Shown here: piece by piece, positions 51,817-63,548 of the stretch | Numbering within the stretch: position 1 is the first letter of the stretch | How the letters are laid out: every line of letters begins with the position of its first letter | DNA from: Leucoraja erinacea | Lineage: Eukaryota | Length of the DNA stretch: 64,000 nt | Direction of reading: 5' to 3' | Assembly (NCBI RefSeq): GCF_028641065.1 | Contig: NC_073413.1 | Location: forward strand, 11,160,001-11,224,000 | Notes under the pieces: generated by a model | Database searches by the model: none | What the model saw: only the letters and a program-made list of their open reading frames with translations | Told to the model about the DNA's origin: nothing | Program-made: the position numbers and the translations under genes

Positions 51817-52624
51817 CTGTCGAGGGCACAATGGAGAGGACAATGAGGTCAAGGCAACATCAAGCTGAGACCGCACCAACACCTTGCCCAGCCTGTCCCC
51901 TATCTCCAAATAGGAACAGAAAGGGCTGCAGGGTGGTGCAATGGTAGAGTTGCTGCCTTACACATCTCACAGCGCCAGAGACCCGGGTTTGATCCCGACT
52001 ACGGGTGCTGTCTGAACCTTCTCCCCGTGATCCGAGTGGGTTTTCCCCGGGTGCTCCGGTTTCCTACCACACTCCAAAGATGTACATGTTTGTAGGTTGA
52101 TTGGCTTGGTGTGTGTAAAATCATCCCTTGTGCGTGTAGGATAGTGTTAGTGTGCGGGGATCGCTGGCCAAAGAGCCAGTTTCCATGCTGTATCATTCAA
52201 CTAAACTAAACTTTAATAGGAACCTGAGGGGTAACTTTTATTACATGAAGGGTGGTGGGTGTATGGAATGAGCTCCCAGAGGAGGTAGTTGAGACTATTG
52301 CAACGATTAAGAAACATTTAGACAAGTACATGGATAGGACAGGGTTAGAGGATATGGGCCAAACATAGGCAGGTGGGACATGTTGGGCAGTGTGGGCAAG
52401 TTGGGCTGAAGGGCCAGTTTCCACACTGTATCACTCTGTGACCTGCTGCTCCCGACTTCACTGGGAAGAGGGCATTTGAGGCCTTTTCCAAACACGGCTC
52501 GCTCTCAACCTGGGGTCCACAGTGACTCCCCCCATCTCTGGACTAGGGGGGTCTGGGCTGGACCTCCCACCCTCTGCTTTGGTCGGTATGGGGGTTACGG
52601 GGGTGGGAGCTCATTCGTACTCAC

Positions 52625-52767
52625 CACCAGTGGGTTCATCAGGTTGCCCCCTTCCCCGATGGCCTCCTCGATGTAAGTCTTCTCTTCTTCAGTGATGGTG
52701 GGATGTTTGGCTGGACTTTCGAACGACACCAGCAACCAGAATACGTACCACACCATGCCAAAACTTC
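52625..52767 (-). CDS. slc17a7: VGLUT1 exon 7 (143 nt)
   Basis: [47 protein letters not shown]. cccatag acceptor, gtgagt donor. Confidence 0.95.
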
Positions 52768-53524
52768 CTATGGGAGCAAACATAATGATGGAAAAGATGA
52801 ATATTGTGGTTTAGAAAATCCAACATATTCTGTCCAACCCTATCATTATTGTTTGGTGCAGGAATTGTTGGTTTGTAGACCAACTGGTTTCCATTGAAAA
52901 AATTGTCGCTAGTGTGTCGGATATTGTACCTTCTCCCCGTGACCACGTGGGTTTGCTCCAGGTGCTCCGGTTTCATCCCACACTTCAAAGACGTGCACAT
53001 TTATAGGTCAATTGGCGGCCTGCAAGTTGTCCCCAGTGTGTGGGCGCGCAAGGGCGTGATAGCTGGTCGGCGTGGACTCAGTGGGCTGAATGGCCCGTTT
53101 CCACGCTGTATCTCTGAACTAGACTAAACTATAAGAGTAGAACAGCTGGCACCAGTTAGGTACGGTCAGCTGGTGAAGTACAACAAGGCTGCTCAGTGGT
53201 GCAGCGGTAGAGTTGCTGCCTTACCAAGCCAAAGCTGGGCTTCATAGCGTGAAGGAGTGAACATTGGGACACGCCGAGCTAAATGAACTACAACCAGGAT
53301 AGTCGGTAGTCCCATCCTGTAATCATGTGCCTTGCTGAGATAGATAGATTCTTAATTAGTGCGGGTGTCAGGGGTTATGGGGAGAAGGCAGGAGAATGGG
53401 GTTAGGAGGGAGAGATAGATCAGCCATGATTCAAAATGGAGGAGTAGACTTGATGGGCCGAATGGCCTAATTTTGCTCCATCACTTATAGACATTGAGCG
53501 AGTCGGACCCCCCCACATACATAC

Positions 53525-53611
53525 CATAGACGTAGAAGACTGAAGGCCACCCTGAGTATTGAACAAGGACGCCAGCCAGAGGCATGGCCACCACTGCCCC
53601 AGCATAGGAAC
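53525..53611 (-). CDS. slc17a7: VGLUT1 exon 6 (87 nt)
   Basis: [29 protein letters not shown]. ttgcag acceptor, gtatgt donor. Confidence 0.95.
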
Positions 53612-54274
53612 CTGCAAGGAAACGGACATGTGAGGCAGGGCAGACAAGGGGACCAGAGACACACTGATCGGTGGAGCATGCCCACATCCCCGCTACTCTT
53701 TAAGATTGAAGCTTCTTCCCACTTCCCCACTGAATATCTGGGTGACCCTCGCATATCGAGGGGTTCAGGTTAAACCCACTCCCATGGGGAAAAACAAGAA
53801 GAGTCCTGACTCGAAACGCCACCCACTCTTTTTCTCCAGAGATGCTGCCTGACCCGCTGAGCTACTCCAGCACTTTGTGTCTATCTTTGGAAAAAACATT
53901 GGCTCAGTTTCCAGTCCAGGAAAGCCGTCAGTTAATCTTCCCCACACCCCCACCCACTGCTTCCGTCTCTTTTTATAACATAGCATCCGATCTGTCTGCA
54001 GAACATTCATCGAGGCTCAGGAACAAGGAACTGCCGATACTGGTTTACAATGAAGATAGACACAAAAGGAAGAGGTGACGTTTCGGCTTGAGTCCCTTCT
54101 TCAGATTGAGCGTCAGGGAGAACGGGAAACTAGTGTACGGAAAGGACTGAAGAAGGGACTCAACCCAAAACGTCACCTATTCCTTTTCGCCAGAGATGCT
54201 GCCTGACCCGCTGAGTTACTCCAGCTTTCTGCATCTTTCAGTGAGTTGACGACATTCAGGGAGAGTCCAACCTA

Positions 54275-54466
<192 letters not shown>

Positions 54467-54544
54467 CTAAAGCCAAACAAACACACATGAAGGTCAGCCA
54501 CACTGGCCTGACCCTGACAGGAGCAAGAATATGGCAAGAACAGG

Positions 54545-54850
54545 TGGTGTGTGTGTGTGTGTGTGTGAGTGTATACCTGTCAGTATGTCTACCTGTGTAT
54601 CTGCATACCTGTGTGTATACCTGTGCATGTACATACCAGTGTCTGTGCATACCTGTGGGTGCATACCTGCGTGTGCATACCTGCGTGTGTGCGTATACAT
54701 GTGCTTGTGCGTACCTCTGACAGGGCATACCTGTGTATATGCATACCTGGGTGCCTGCATATCGGTGTATGTGCAGAACTGTGCCTGTGCATGTGCATAC
54801 CTGTGTCTGTGTACATGCCTGTGTATATGCATACCTGGGTGCCTGCATAT
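54545..54850. repeat. Degenerate (TG)/ATACCTG low-complexity repeat
   Basis: Direct reading. Confidence 0.85.
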
Positions 54851-55058
54851 CTAGCCCAAGTCTCTGCAATAACACCCATCAATCTCTCCTCATAGCAAAG
54901 CAACATCTGCACTAACCTGCTGAAGCTTTGCCCTCACTACCAGGGGCATCTTCCCAGATGGACAATTGTTGTGGGGGCCAGGTGATGGAAAGGAATGAAA
55001 ACCAGGCAAATAAATGAACGCAAGGAGCCTTGCACCAACTTCCTTTGATTCACCTTAC

Positions 55059-55340
55059 GGGCGGCACGGTGGCGCAGTGGTAGAGTTGCTGCCTCACAGC
55101 GCCAGAGAAGCGAATTCGATCTTGTCTACGGGTGCCGTCTGTACGGAGTTTGTACGTTCTCCCATGACCTGCGTGGGTTTTCTCCGGGTGCTCCGGTTTC
55201 CTCCCATATTCTAAAGGCACGCAGGTTTGTTGGTCAATTAGCCTTCTGTGAATCGTCACTAGTGTGTGTAGTATAGAACTCGTGTACGGGGTGGTCAGTG
55301 GCGACTGAAGTGGCCGAAGAGACTGACTTTGGTGCCTTCC
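55059..55340 (+). mobile_element. HE1-like V-SINE
   Basis: GGGCGGCACGGTGGCGCAGTGGTAGAGTTGCTGCCTCACAGCGCC head. Confidence 0.85.
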
Positions 55341-55589
55341 CACACAGTGCGAAACTTTGGTTCTGCTGTGTGGGATGTTTTGTGTGAATTCTATAGTGTG
55401 TTGAGTCCTGTTTATTTTTATTGTATGGCTGTATGGGAATTCATTTCACTGTGCCATCTGGCACACGTGACAATTAAATTCATCTTGTATCTTGTATCTT
55501 GTATCTCAGTGGGCCGAAGGGCCTGTTTTTACACTCTTTCTCTAAACTGGGATCAACAAGCCCATCAGGAACGCTGGCTCCATCCTGGG

Positions 55590-55892
55590 GGGTGGAGTTG
55601 GAGTTGGATTCACGGGGGGTGGGTCTTGGAGGGGAGGGATGCTCCTCAAACTGCAGAGCATCCTGGACAACACAGCTCACCCCCTCCATGACACACTGGT
55701 CAACCTGAGGAGCACCTTCAACAACAGACTGGTCCCACCAAGATGCAGCACAGACGCAGGGTGTTGAATGTATCCTCAATAAGGATTGTATCATAATTGT
55801 ATAATAGTTTATTATGGATATATGTTTGTATTGTATTTATGGTGGTGGGTCCTGGCTTGTTTTATTGCAGTGTAAATATTGAATACATTTTT

Positions 55893-55934
<42 letters not shown>

Positions 55935-56020
55935 TGCAGCACAGAACGCCACAGGAGATCCTTCTTCCCTGTGGCTATCAAACTGTACAACTCCTCCCCC
56001 TTCTGTCATGGGGTAGACTG
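55590..56020 (+). mobile_element. Second Rex1-type subfamily fragment, interrupted by a poly(A)-tailed insertion
   Basis: SILDNTAHPLHDTLVNLRSTFNNRLVPPRCST / ERHRRSFFPVAIKLYNSSP. Confidence 0.65.
55755..55932 (+). mobile_element. 5'-truncated poly(A)-tailed retroposed insert, probably a Tx1-like L1 3' end
   Basis: A34 tail at 55899-55932; 15-bp TSD AAGATGCAGCACAGA at 55740-55754 and 55931-55945; begins with the frame QGVECILNKDCIIIV*. Confidence 0.75.
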
Positions 56021-56421
56021 AGACTGTAGGGCCCGTCCCACATGATGATTTTGTTCGGCGATTTCCGGCATCATTGACTGACATATCAGGTCACCAAAAC
56101 ATTTGTGGCTTGATGACGTATCGAGGCACAGTGTTTTTTCAAGTTTCGCAACATTTTTTTGTCGCCGCTGGATTTTGAAATGTTCAAAACCTTTTGGCAA
56201 CCCTGACATGATGCCGGCAGTCGCTGAAAAAAAATCGCCAAGTAAGACTAGGCGCTTAACTCCCCTCCTCAATCTTTGCACATCCCCCAATCCTTTCCAC
56301 TCGTCACTTTAATCTCATGTTTCACTTATTTTGTGTTTTGATGACTGTTGGCAGATCAATATCCCTGCTGGGATAAATAAAGCTCTATCGTGTCGTATTG
56401 TAAACTAAACTAAACACTTGC

Positions 56422-56536
56422 CTCAACCAGGCCCTGCAGAATCCTGACCAATATTACGCAGCTGTAGTGGGCTTTGGCTGCAGAGGGAATCAGCATGTTG
56501 AGTGAAGATGTGGCTACGATCGCCCAGCCAAACACT
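56422..56536 (-). CDS. slc17a7: VGLUT1 exon 4 (115 nt), with a GC donor
   Basis: Not in the ORF track; translated by hand as [38 protein letters not shown]. cccacag acceptor; donor GAG|gcaagt. Confidence 0.93.
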
Positions 56537-57339
56537 CTGTGGGAAGGAAACACAAATTTGCTTCAAATGGTTAAAAAAAAGATTTTAGCTCAGTTGGATG
56601 GCCACCTGTTCACTAGAAAGACCGCACCCACACCTTGCCCAACCTGTTCCTCCCACCCCTACTGGGGGTCTGAGGCAGTGCCTGTGCCCGCCGTGCCACT
56701 GTGCCGTCCCATCTAGTTTGGGTACTGATTGGGGATGATCAACAACGATCACATTGAATGGCGGTGCTGGCTCGAGGGGCCAAATGACCTACTTCTGCAC
56801 CTATTGTCTATTGAGTTGGTCAAGGTGACCACAAGCTGGGACCACAGGTCACATTGAGCCCCGATTCTCCAGGTCTCTCTTCAAACTAGCATCAGTCACG
56901 GAGCGAGCCGCAGAAATAGAAACATCTCCTGTTCTGGGTTTTAACGAGTTCCCATGGGGTGGGAGCATCACTTGTGAATCTTCCAGCACGCTGCTGATTC
57001 AACTGCGGGCTTTCTGAGGAATGATGGTCATTACCCCAGAAATAGTCCACCTGCGTCAGAGACGGTGCCCAGCGCCGGCGTTAACCCTTTAGCCGCCACC
57101 TCACACTGTCGTCAACATCTGCACTGTTGCGGGAGGCCCACAGATCTAGCGTGATCTCTTCGCCTCAAGTTCACAAGGGCTAGGAGCAGAATTAGGCCAT
57201 TCGGCTTCCGTGGAACTGAAGTTAAAAATAGCTATCCGTTCAATGCTGTTGTTGCTGTGTATCCCATCATTGAGGAAGCAGCCTCACGCCCAGATCATTA
57301 ACGCAGGGCAGGTCAGAGTGTGGGCGGATTTAGGTCATG

Positions 57340-57797
57340 GGTCATAAGTGGCAGGAACAGAATTAGGCCATTCAGCCCATCAAGTCTACTCCACCATTAA
57401 ATCATAGTTGATCGATCTCTCTACCTAACCCCATTCTCCTGCCTTCTCCCCATAACCGCTGACACCGCACTAATCAAGAATCTATCTCTGCCTTAAAAAT
57501 ATTCACTGACTTGGCCTCCACAGCCTTCTGTGGCAATTAATTCCACAGATTCACCACTTAAGAAATTCCTCCTCATCTCCTTTCAAAATGTCCTTTAGTT
57601 CTGAGGCTGTGACCTCCAGTCCTAGACTCTCCCACTAATGGAAACATCCTCTCCACATCCACTCTATCCAGGCCTTTCACTATTCGGTAAGTTTCAATGG
57701 GGTCACCCCTCATCCTTCTAAACTCCAGCGAGTACAGGCCCAGCTCCGTCAAACGCTCATCGTACGTTAACCCACTCAGTCCTGGGAACATTCTCGT
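57340..57797 (-). mobile_element. CR1 LINE 3' fragment
   Basis: PGLSGLTYDERLTELGLYSLEFRRMRGDPIETYRIVKGLDRVD. Confidence 0.85.
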
Positions 57798-58676
57798 AAT
57801 GCAAATGGTAAATGGTTACCAAATGGTAGAAGGCTTGGATAGAGTGGGTGTTTCCACTCGTGGGAGAGTCTCGGACCAGGGGGTCTCGCTGATGTACAGG
57901 AGGCTACATCGGGTACACAGGAAGCAGTAGATGAGGTTGGAGCCATTTTTCAGCAGCTTCTCCTCCGAAGAGCAGAAATTGTGCTCTGAAGTAGGAAAGA
58001 AAGTTTTGGAAGGAAAAGAGGAATGATCAGATGGTGTGAGAGTCGGGCAGATGGGTTAACTGCAGGTCTGGGCAAACGGCCAACCCCCCTGCTCCAGCTT
58101 TGAAAAACTGTTAACTAATCTTACCATCAGCATCACAGTGGGAAGTCTCTCTCTCCCACACGATATTTAATCATTTGTTGAATATGTAATACTGTCTCTG
58201 CAAAGATAGCAGATGTGAAACTCATCTTGACGTAGGTTTAGTTTAGTTTAATTTAGAGATACAGCGTGGAAACAGGCCCTTACCAGGTCAGCACCGACCA
58301 GCGATCCCCGCAAACTAACAATATCCTACTCATACAAGGGTCAATATTTACCTTTACATCTTTGGAGTGTGGGAGAAAACCGAGAAGAGAACGTACAAAC
58401 TCCGTACAGACAGCACCCGTAGTCAGAATCGAACCCAGCTCTCTGGTGCTGCGAGGCATCGGCCCCACCCGCTGCACCACCAAGAGAGCTCACGGCATGC
58501 TATCCAACAGCTGCCTGTCATTATACTTGAAGTCTTCAGTCTGAAGAAGGGTCTCATCCCAAAACTTCTCTCCAGAGATGCTGCCTGTCCCGCAGAGTTA
58601 CTCCAGCGTTTTGTGTCTATATTTGGGGAGAGAGAGAGAGAGAGAGAGAGGGTGTGGGGAGAGGAGAAATTCCTAC

Positions 58677-58795
58677 CTGTTGGCAGCAAACCTCTGTGAG
58701 ATGTATCCTCCGGGAATCTGCGTAACGATGTAGCCCCAGAAGAACGAACCGTGTATCATCCCTACTGTCTCCGGGTCCCAGTTAAAGATGGCTTT
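58677..58795 (-). CDS. slc17a7: VGLUT1 exon 3 (119 nt)
   Basis: [40 protein letters not shown]. cag acceptor, gtagga donor. Confidence 0.95.
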
Positions 58796-59369
58796 CTGCG
58801 GAGAGAAGGGAGAGGGATGAGACCTTTCTGTTCTCCCCCTCTCCTCTTGGTTCCAAAGTGGCACTGAAGAATGTTTTAGTTTAGTTCTCAAACTTGCAGG
58901 AAAGGTTTTCCAGCATCTGCAGTTCCTTCTTAAACAAGAATAAGGGGTCTGCCATTTAGGACTGAGACGAGGAAAAACGTTTTCACCCAGAGAGTTGTGA
59001 ATCTGTGGAATTCTCTGCCACAGAAGGCAGTGGAGGCCAATTCACTGGATGTATTCAAGAGAGAGTTAGATTTAGCTCTTAGGGCTAATGGAATCAAGGG
59101 CTATGGGGAGAAAGCAGGAACGGGGTACTGATTGTGGGTGATCAGCCATGATCATATTGAAGGGCTCGAAGGGCCGAATGGCCTACTCCTGCATCTATTT
59201 TCGACATTACTATGTTTCTTAGTTTAGTTTAGAGATACAGCACGGACACAGGCCCTTTGGCCCACCGAGTCCGTGCACACCATCGACCACCCGGTAACTA
59301 ATTCTGTTGTCCCAGTTCTGCATCCCACATTTCTATGTGCCGGCACTGTGCCCTGCATTGCTATGTGTA

Positions 59370-60075
59370 TGCACCATGCATTTCTTGCTGTGTGGTTGCA
59401 CTATGCCCTGCATTAATGTGTGCATGCATCGTTCCCTGCCTTCCTGTGTGCATGCCCTGTCACCTATGTTGTGGACTGCATGCACCATAACCTGCATTGC
59501 TGTGTGCATGCACCATTTCCTGCGTTGTTGTGTACATGCACCATTTCCTGCCTTGCTGTGTACATGCACCATTTCCTGCCTTGCTGTGTGGTCGCACTCT
59601 GCCTTGCATCGATGTGTGCATGCACCATTTCTTGCATGGCTGTGTACATGCACCATTCCCTGCCTTGTTGTGTGGTCATACTCTGCCTTGCATTGGTGTG
59701 TGCATGCACCATTTCCTGCCTTGTTGTGTGGTCATACTCTGCCTTGCATCGATGTGTGCATGCACCATTTCTTACATGGCTGTGTACATGCACCATTCCC
59801 TGCCTTGTTGTGTGGTCATACTCTGCCTTGCATTGGTGTGTGCATGCACCATTTCCTGCGTTGTTGTGTACAAGCACCATTTCCTGCCTTGCTGTGTACA
59901 TGCACCATTTCCTGCCTTGTTGTGTGGTCGTACTCTGCCTTGCATTGGTGTGTACATGCACCATTTCCTGCCTTGCTGTGTGCATGCACCATTCCCTGCC
60001 TTGTCGTGTGGTCGTACTCTGCCTTGCATTGGTGTGTGCATGCACCATTTCCTGCGTCGTTGTGTACATGCACCA
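59370..60075. repeat. Compound minisatellite (TGCACCATTTCCTGCCTTGCTGTGTACA-type units) in intron 2
   Basis: Repeated ~28-bp units interleaved with GGTCATACTCTGCCTTGCATTGGTGTG units. Confidence 0.9.
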
Positions 60076-60107
60076 TGCGGTGCGGTGCGGTGCAGTGCAT
60101 CTCTCAC

Positions 60108-60360
60108 CTCCATGACCAGCTTGCCATTGCGTTTGACAGAGTGGCTGTTGACCATGCTGACGATGGCCACGCCCAGGTTGCAGCGGATGCCGAAGGAGAT
60201 GCAGAAGCCCAGGCCGCTCATGACGGCGATGAGGTAGCGCTTGGGCAGCCCGAAACAGGTGCAGTCCAGCAGTGGCTTCTGCTTCTCGGCCACGCCGACC
60301 ACTCGCCCCTCCTCCGTCAGCTCGATGGTCTCGCCCACATTCTGTCTCTTCTCCAGCACC
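60108..60360 (-). CDS. slc17a7: Vesicular glutamate transporter 1, exon 2 (253 nt)
   Basis: Encodes (R)[86 protein letters not shown] acceptor at 60362-60361, GT donor at 60107-60106. Confidence 0.95.
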
Positions 60361-60622
60361 CTGACATGAGAAAAAACATCGTCACCCAGACAGCTGTGAA
60401 TCTGTGGAATTCTCTGCCACAGAAGGCAGTGGAGGCCAATTCACTGGATGTTTTTTAAGAGGGAGTTAGATGTGGCCCTTGTGGCTAAGGGGATCAGGGG
60501 GTATGGAGAGAAGGCAGGTACAGGATACTGAGTTGGATGATCAGCCATGATCATATTGAATGGCGGTGCAGGCTCGAAGGGCCGAATGGTCTACTCCTGC
60601 ACCTAATTTCTATGTTTCTATG
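60361..60622 (+). mobile_element. CR1 LINE 3' fragment abutting the slc17a7 exon 2 acceptor
   Basis: Matches the CR1 copies at 49035 and 58961 from CTGA(C/G)ATGAG onward; ends in TTTCTATG repeats. Further CR1 fragments lie near 1045-1560, 3975-4250, 8935-9335, 16634-17070, 22125-22600, 38400-39190, 43700-43912, 49010-49300, 50180-50435, 58938-59215, 60910-61168 and 61585-61940. Confidence 0.85.
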
Positions 60623-62795
60623 TCAGGTAGCAGCTCTGGAGAGAAGGAATGGGTGATGTTTCGGGTCCAGCTTTTTGTGTCGATCTTCCATTTCTGGAAA
60701 ATATTAAGTTGCAGGAAAAGTCGTAATCTGAAACATCGCTCTGGAAGTGTGGAGAAGCTGAGGATAGTAACGCTAACTGGTTAGACAGGTTTGGAGGGAT
60801 ATGAACCAATTGTGGGCAGGTGGGACTAATGTAGCTGGGATATTGTTGGCAGGTGTTGGGCAAGTTGGGCTGAAGGGCCTGTATCATGTATCTGTATCAT
60901 ATGACTGTACGGAGATGGGGGGGGAAACACTTTTTCACACAGAGAATGGCGAGTCTGTGGAATTCTCTGCATCAGAGGGCGGTGGAGGCAGGTTCTCTGG
61001 AAACTTTCAGGATTGAGCTAGATAGGGCTCTTACAGATAGCAGAGTCAGGGGATATGGGGAGAAGGCAGGAACGGGGTACTGATTGTGGACCTTTGATCA
61101 CATTGAATGGCGGTGCTTGCTTGAAGGGGTGTATGGCCTACTCCTGCACTATTGTCTATTGTCTATTACTTTAAACCTGGAGGAATAGAAAGAAGGATTC
61201 TGATCTATTTCACTTACCACAGAGATGAGTGAAACTGAAAGATTGGTCATTGCGATTTCTGAGTGATACGCGCTGTATCACTCTATGACTCTGTGACGAA
61301 CTGGCTGTCAGTGTCATGAGGACAACAGGTTTCAGCGATGGGCAAGATTAATCTCCCGGCTGGTTTTATTTATTGTAGGAATAATTACCCTCTGTGAACA
61401 CAAGACTGCTTTGCAAAGACATGCCGCACTTTAATCCGGATTAAAGACGGATCAAGGCTTCCGTGGAACCGAAGCTAAAAATAGCTAGCCGCTCAATGCT
61501 GTTGTTGCTGTGTATCCCATCATTGAGATAGCAGCCCCACACCCAGAGCATTAACGGCAGGTCAGAGTGTGTGTGGATTTAGGTCATAGGTGATAGGAGC
61601 AGAATTCGGCCATTCGGCCCATCAAGTCTCCTCCACCATTCAATCATGGCTGATCTATCTCTCCCCCCTAACCCCATTCTCCTGCCTTCTCCCCATAACC
61701 CCCGACACCCGTACTAATCAAAAATCTATCCGTCTCTGCTTTAAGAATATCCATTGACTTGGCTGCCTTCTGTGGCAATTAATTCCACAGATTCACCACC
61801 CTCTGACTTAAGAAATCCCTCCTCATCTCCTTCCTAAAAGAACGTCCTTGAATTCTGAGGCTGTGACCTCTGGTCCTAGATCCCTCCACTAGTGGAAACA
61901 TCCTCCTCTACACGTCCATTCTATCCAGGCCTGCACTGCCAGGCTTCACTGCACCTGTATCTGTTTCCATGCTGTATTTTTAAACTAAACCAGCTGAGCA
62001 GTGTGGAATAACATGTCTATAATATCTGATAGATCCAGAGTCTACAGCATTTTGTGCCTATCTTCGCTCCAGATATGCTGCCTGTCCCGCTGAGTTACTA
62101 CTGCAGCATTTTGTGCCTATCTTGGGCTTGTCACACTGACTGAAACCATTGTGTGCCTCTCAGCTGCAAGGCCAATGTCGGCTCATCCTTGAAGGATGGT
62201 CACGAGTTTTCACTGATGTAGAGATGAGTCACTGCAGCAGCAGCAGCGAAATACTCCAGGTAAATGCTGGCGTCAGTCAGACCCCTTGGCTTCACGAAAT
62301 GCCCTTCAGAAATTAGTCACCCGCCGAAACATAGGGAACAGCTTTGACCACAAACTCTTCCAGCTTTCTCCCCCACCCCCACAATTAGTCAGAAGAATAA
62401 GGAATTGCAGATGCTGGTTTGCCAAGGAAAGGCACAAAGTGCTGGAGTAACTGTGCAGGTCCGGCAGTATCTCTGGAGAACACGGATAGGTGACGAAGGG
62501 AAGACCGTTTGAAGAAGGGTCTCGACCCGAAACGGCACCTATCCATGTTCTCCAGAGATGCTGCCTGACTTGGTGAGTTACTCCAGACTCATGAAATAGG
62601 ATCTGAAGGGTCAGGTGCGTCAAGTCTGGACTAACCAGAAACGTCACCTGTCCATGTCCTCCTGAGATGCTGTCTGACCTGCCGTGTTCCTCCAGCACTT
62701 TGTGTTTTGCTCAAGATTGCAGCATCTGCAGTTCCTTGTATCTGCATTTTAAAAGCAGCTTGGTTGACCTTTCACAGTGAACATGGTTTTACCAA

Positions 62796-62929
62796 GTAGA
62801 CAAAAGTGCTGGAGAAACTCGGTGGGTGCAGCAGCATCTATGGAGCGAAGGAAATAGGCAACGTTGCCTATTTCCTTTGCTCCATAGATGCTGCTGCACC
62901 CGCTGAGTTTCTCCAGCACTTTTGTCTAC
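62796..62929. repeat. 134-bp near-perfect loopless palindrome of the Penelope-like terminal repeat
   Basis: Arms GTAGACAAAAGTGCTGGAGAAACTC... and ...GAGTTTCTCCAGCACTTTTGTCTAC, centred on AAC|GTT at 62862/62863. Confidence 0.85.
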
Positions 62930-63233
62930 CTTCGATTTTCCAGCATCTGCAGTGCCTTCTTAAACTCGTGCTTTTACCAAGTATCACCTCATGGCCAATT
63001 ACTGCTGGCCACAGCAATTGGGGGAGGGATGGGAGGGGGGGGTGGGGGCACAACCTTCGATACATCAAAATACACAATAGCAGCATTTGGATCGCCAAGC
63101 TAATAATGAGCAGAAATAGGAAATTGACATTACAACAAACTGTACACAAGCAGCAAGTAATATCAGAGACTATATCCCAATACAACACAAACCTCTACAT
63201 TGTCATTCACTTTCAAGCAAGGTTTTCATAATG

Positions 63234-63548
63234 GTTGGCGCAGTGGTGGAGTTGCTGCTTTACAGCACTTGACATCCGGGTTTGATCCCAACTACGGGTG
63301 CTGTCTGTACGGAGTTTGCACGTTCTCCCCGTGGCTGTGTGGGGTTTTCTCCGGGCGCTCCGGTTTCCTCCCACACTCCAAAGACGTACAGGTTTGTACG
63401 GTAATTGGCTTGGTATGAATGTAAATTGTCCCTAGTACGTGAAGGATGGTGTTGATGTGCGGGGGGCATCAACATCATCCGTGGTGGTGGTCCGTGTGGA
63501 CTCGGTGGGCCAAAAGGCCTGTTTCTGCGCTGTATCTCCAAACTAAAC
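63234..63548 (+). mobile_element. HE1-like V-SINE
   Basis: Same consensus. More copies near 2770-3040, 17370-17672, 20682-20950, 36600-36733, 37640-38010, 46255-46370, 51235-51490, 51925-52210, 52925-53130 and 58236-58480. Confidence 0.85.

Noticed and set aside
59307-60458. 383-aa Cys/His-rich ORF and overlapping repetitive ORFs
   Set aside because: Translation of a minisatellite plus the antisense of exon 2.
61218-61250. Candidate slc17a7 exon 1 (minus ATGACC..GTG|gtaagt)
   Set aside because: Phase 0, whereas exon 2 needs phase 2, and the peptide is unlike the VGLUT N-terminus. The true exon 1 is probably beyond 64000.
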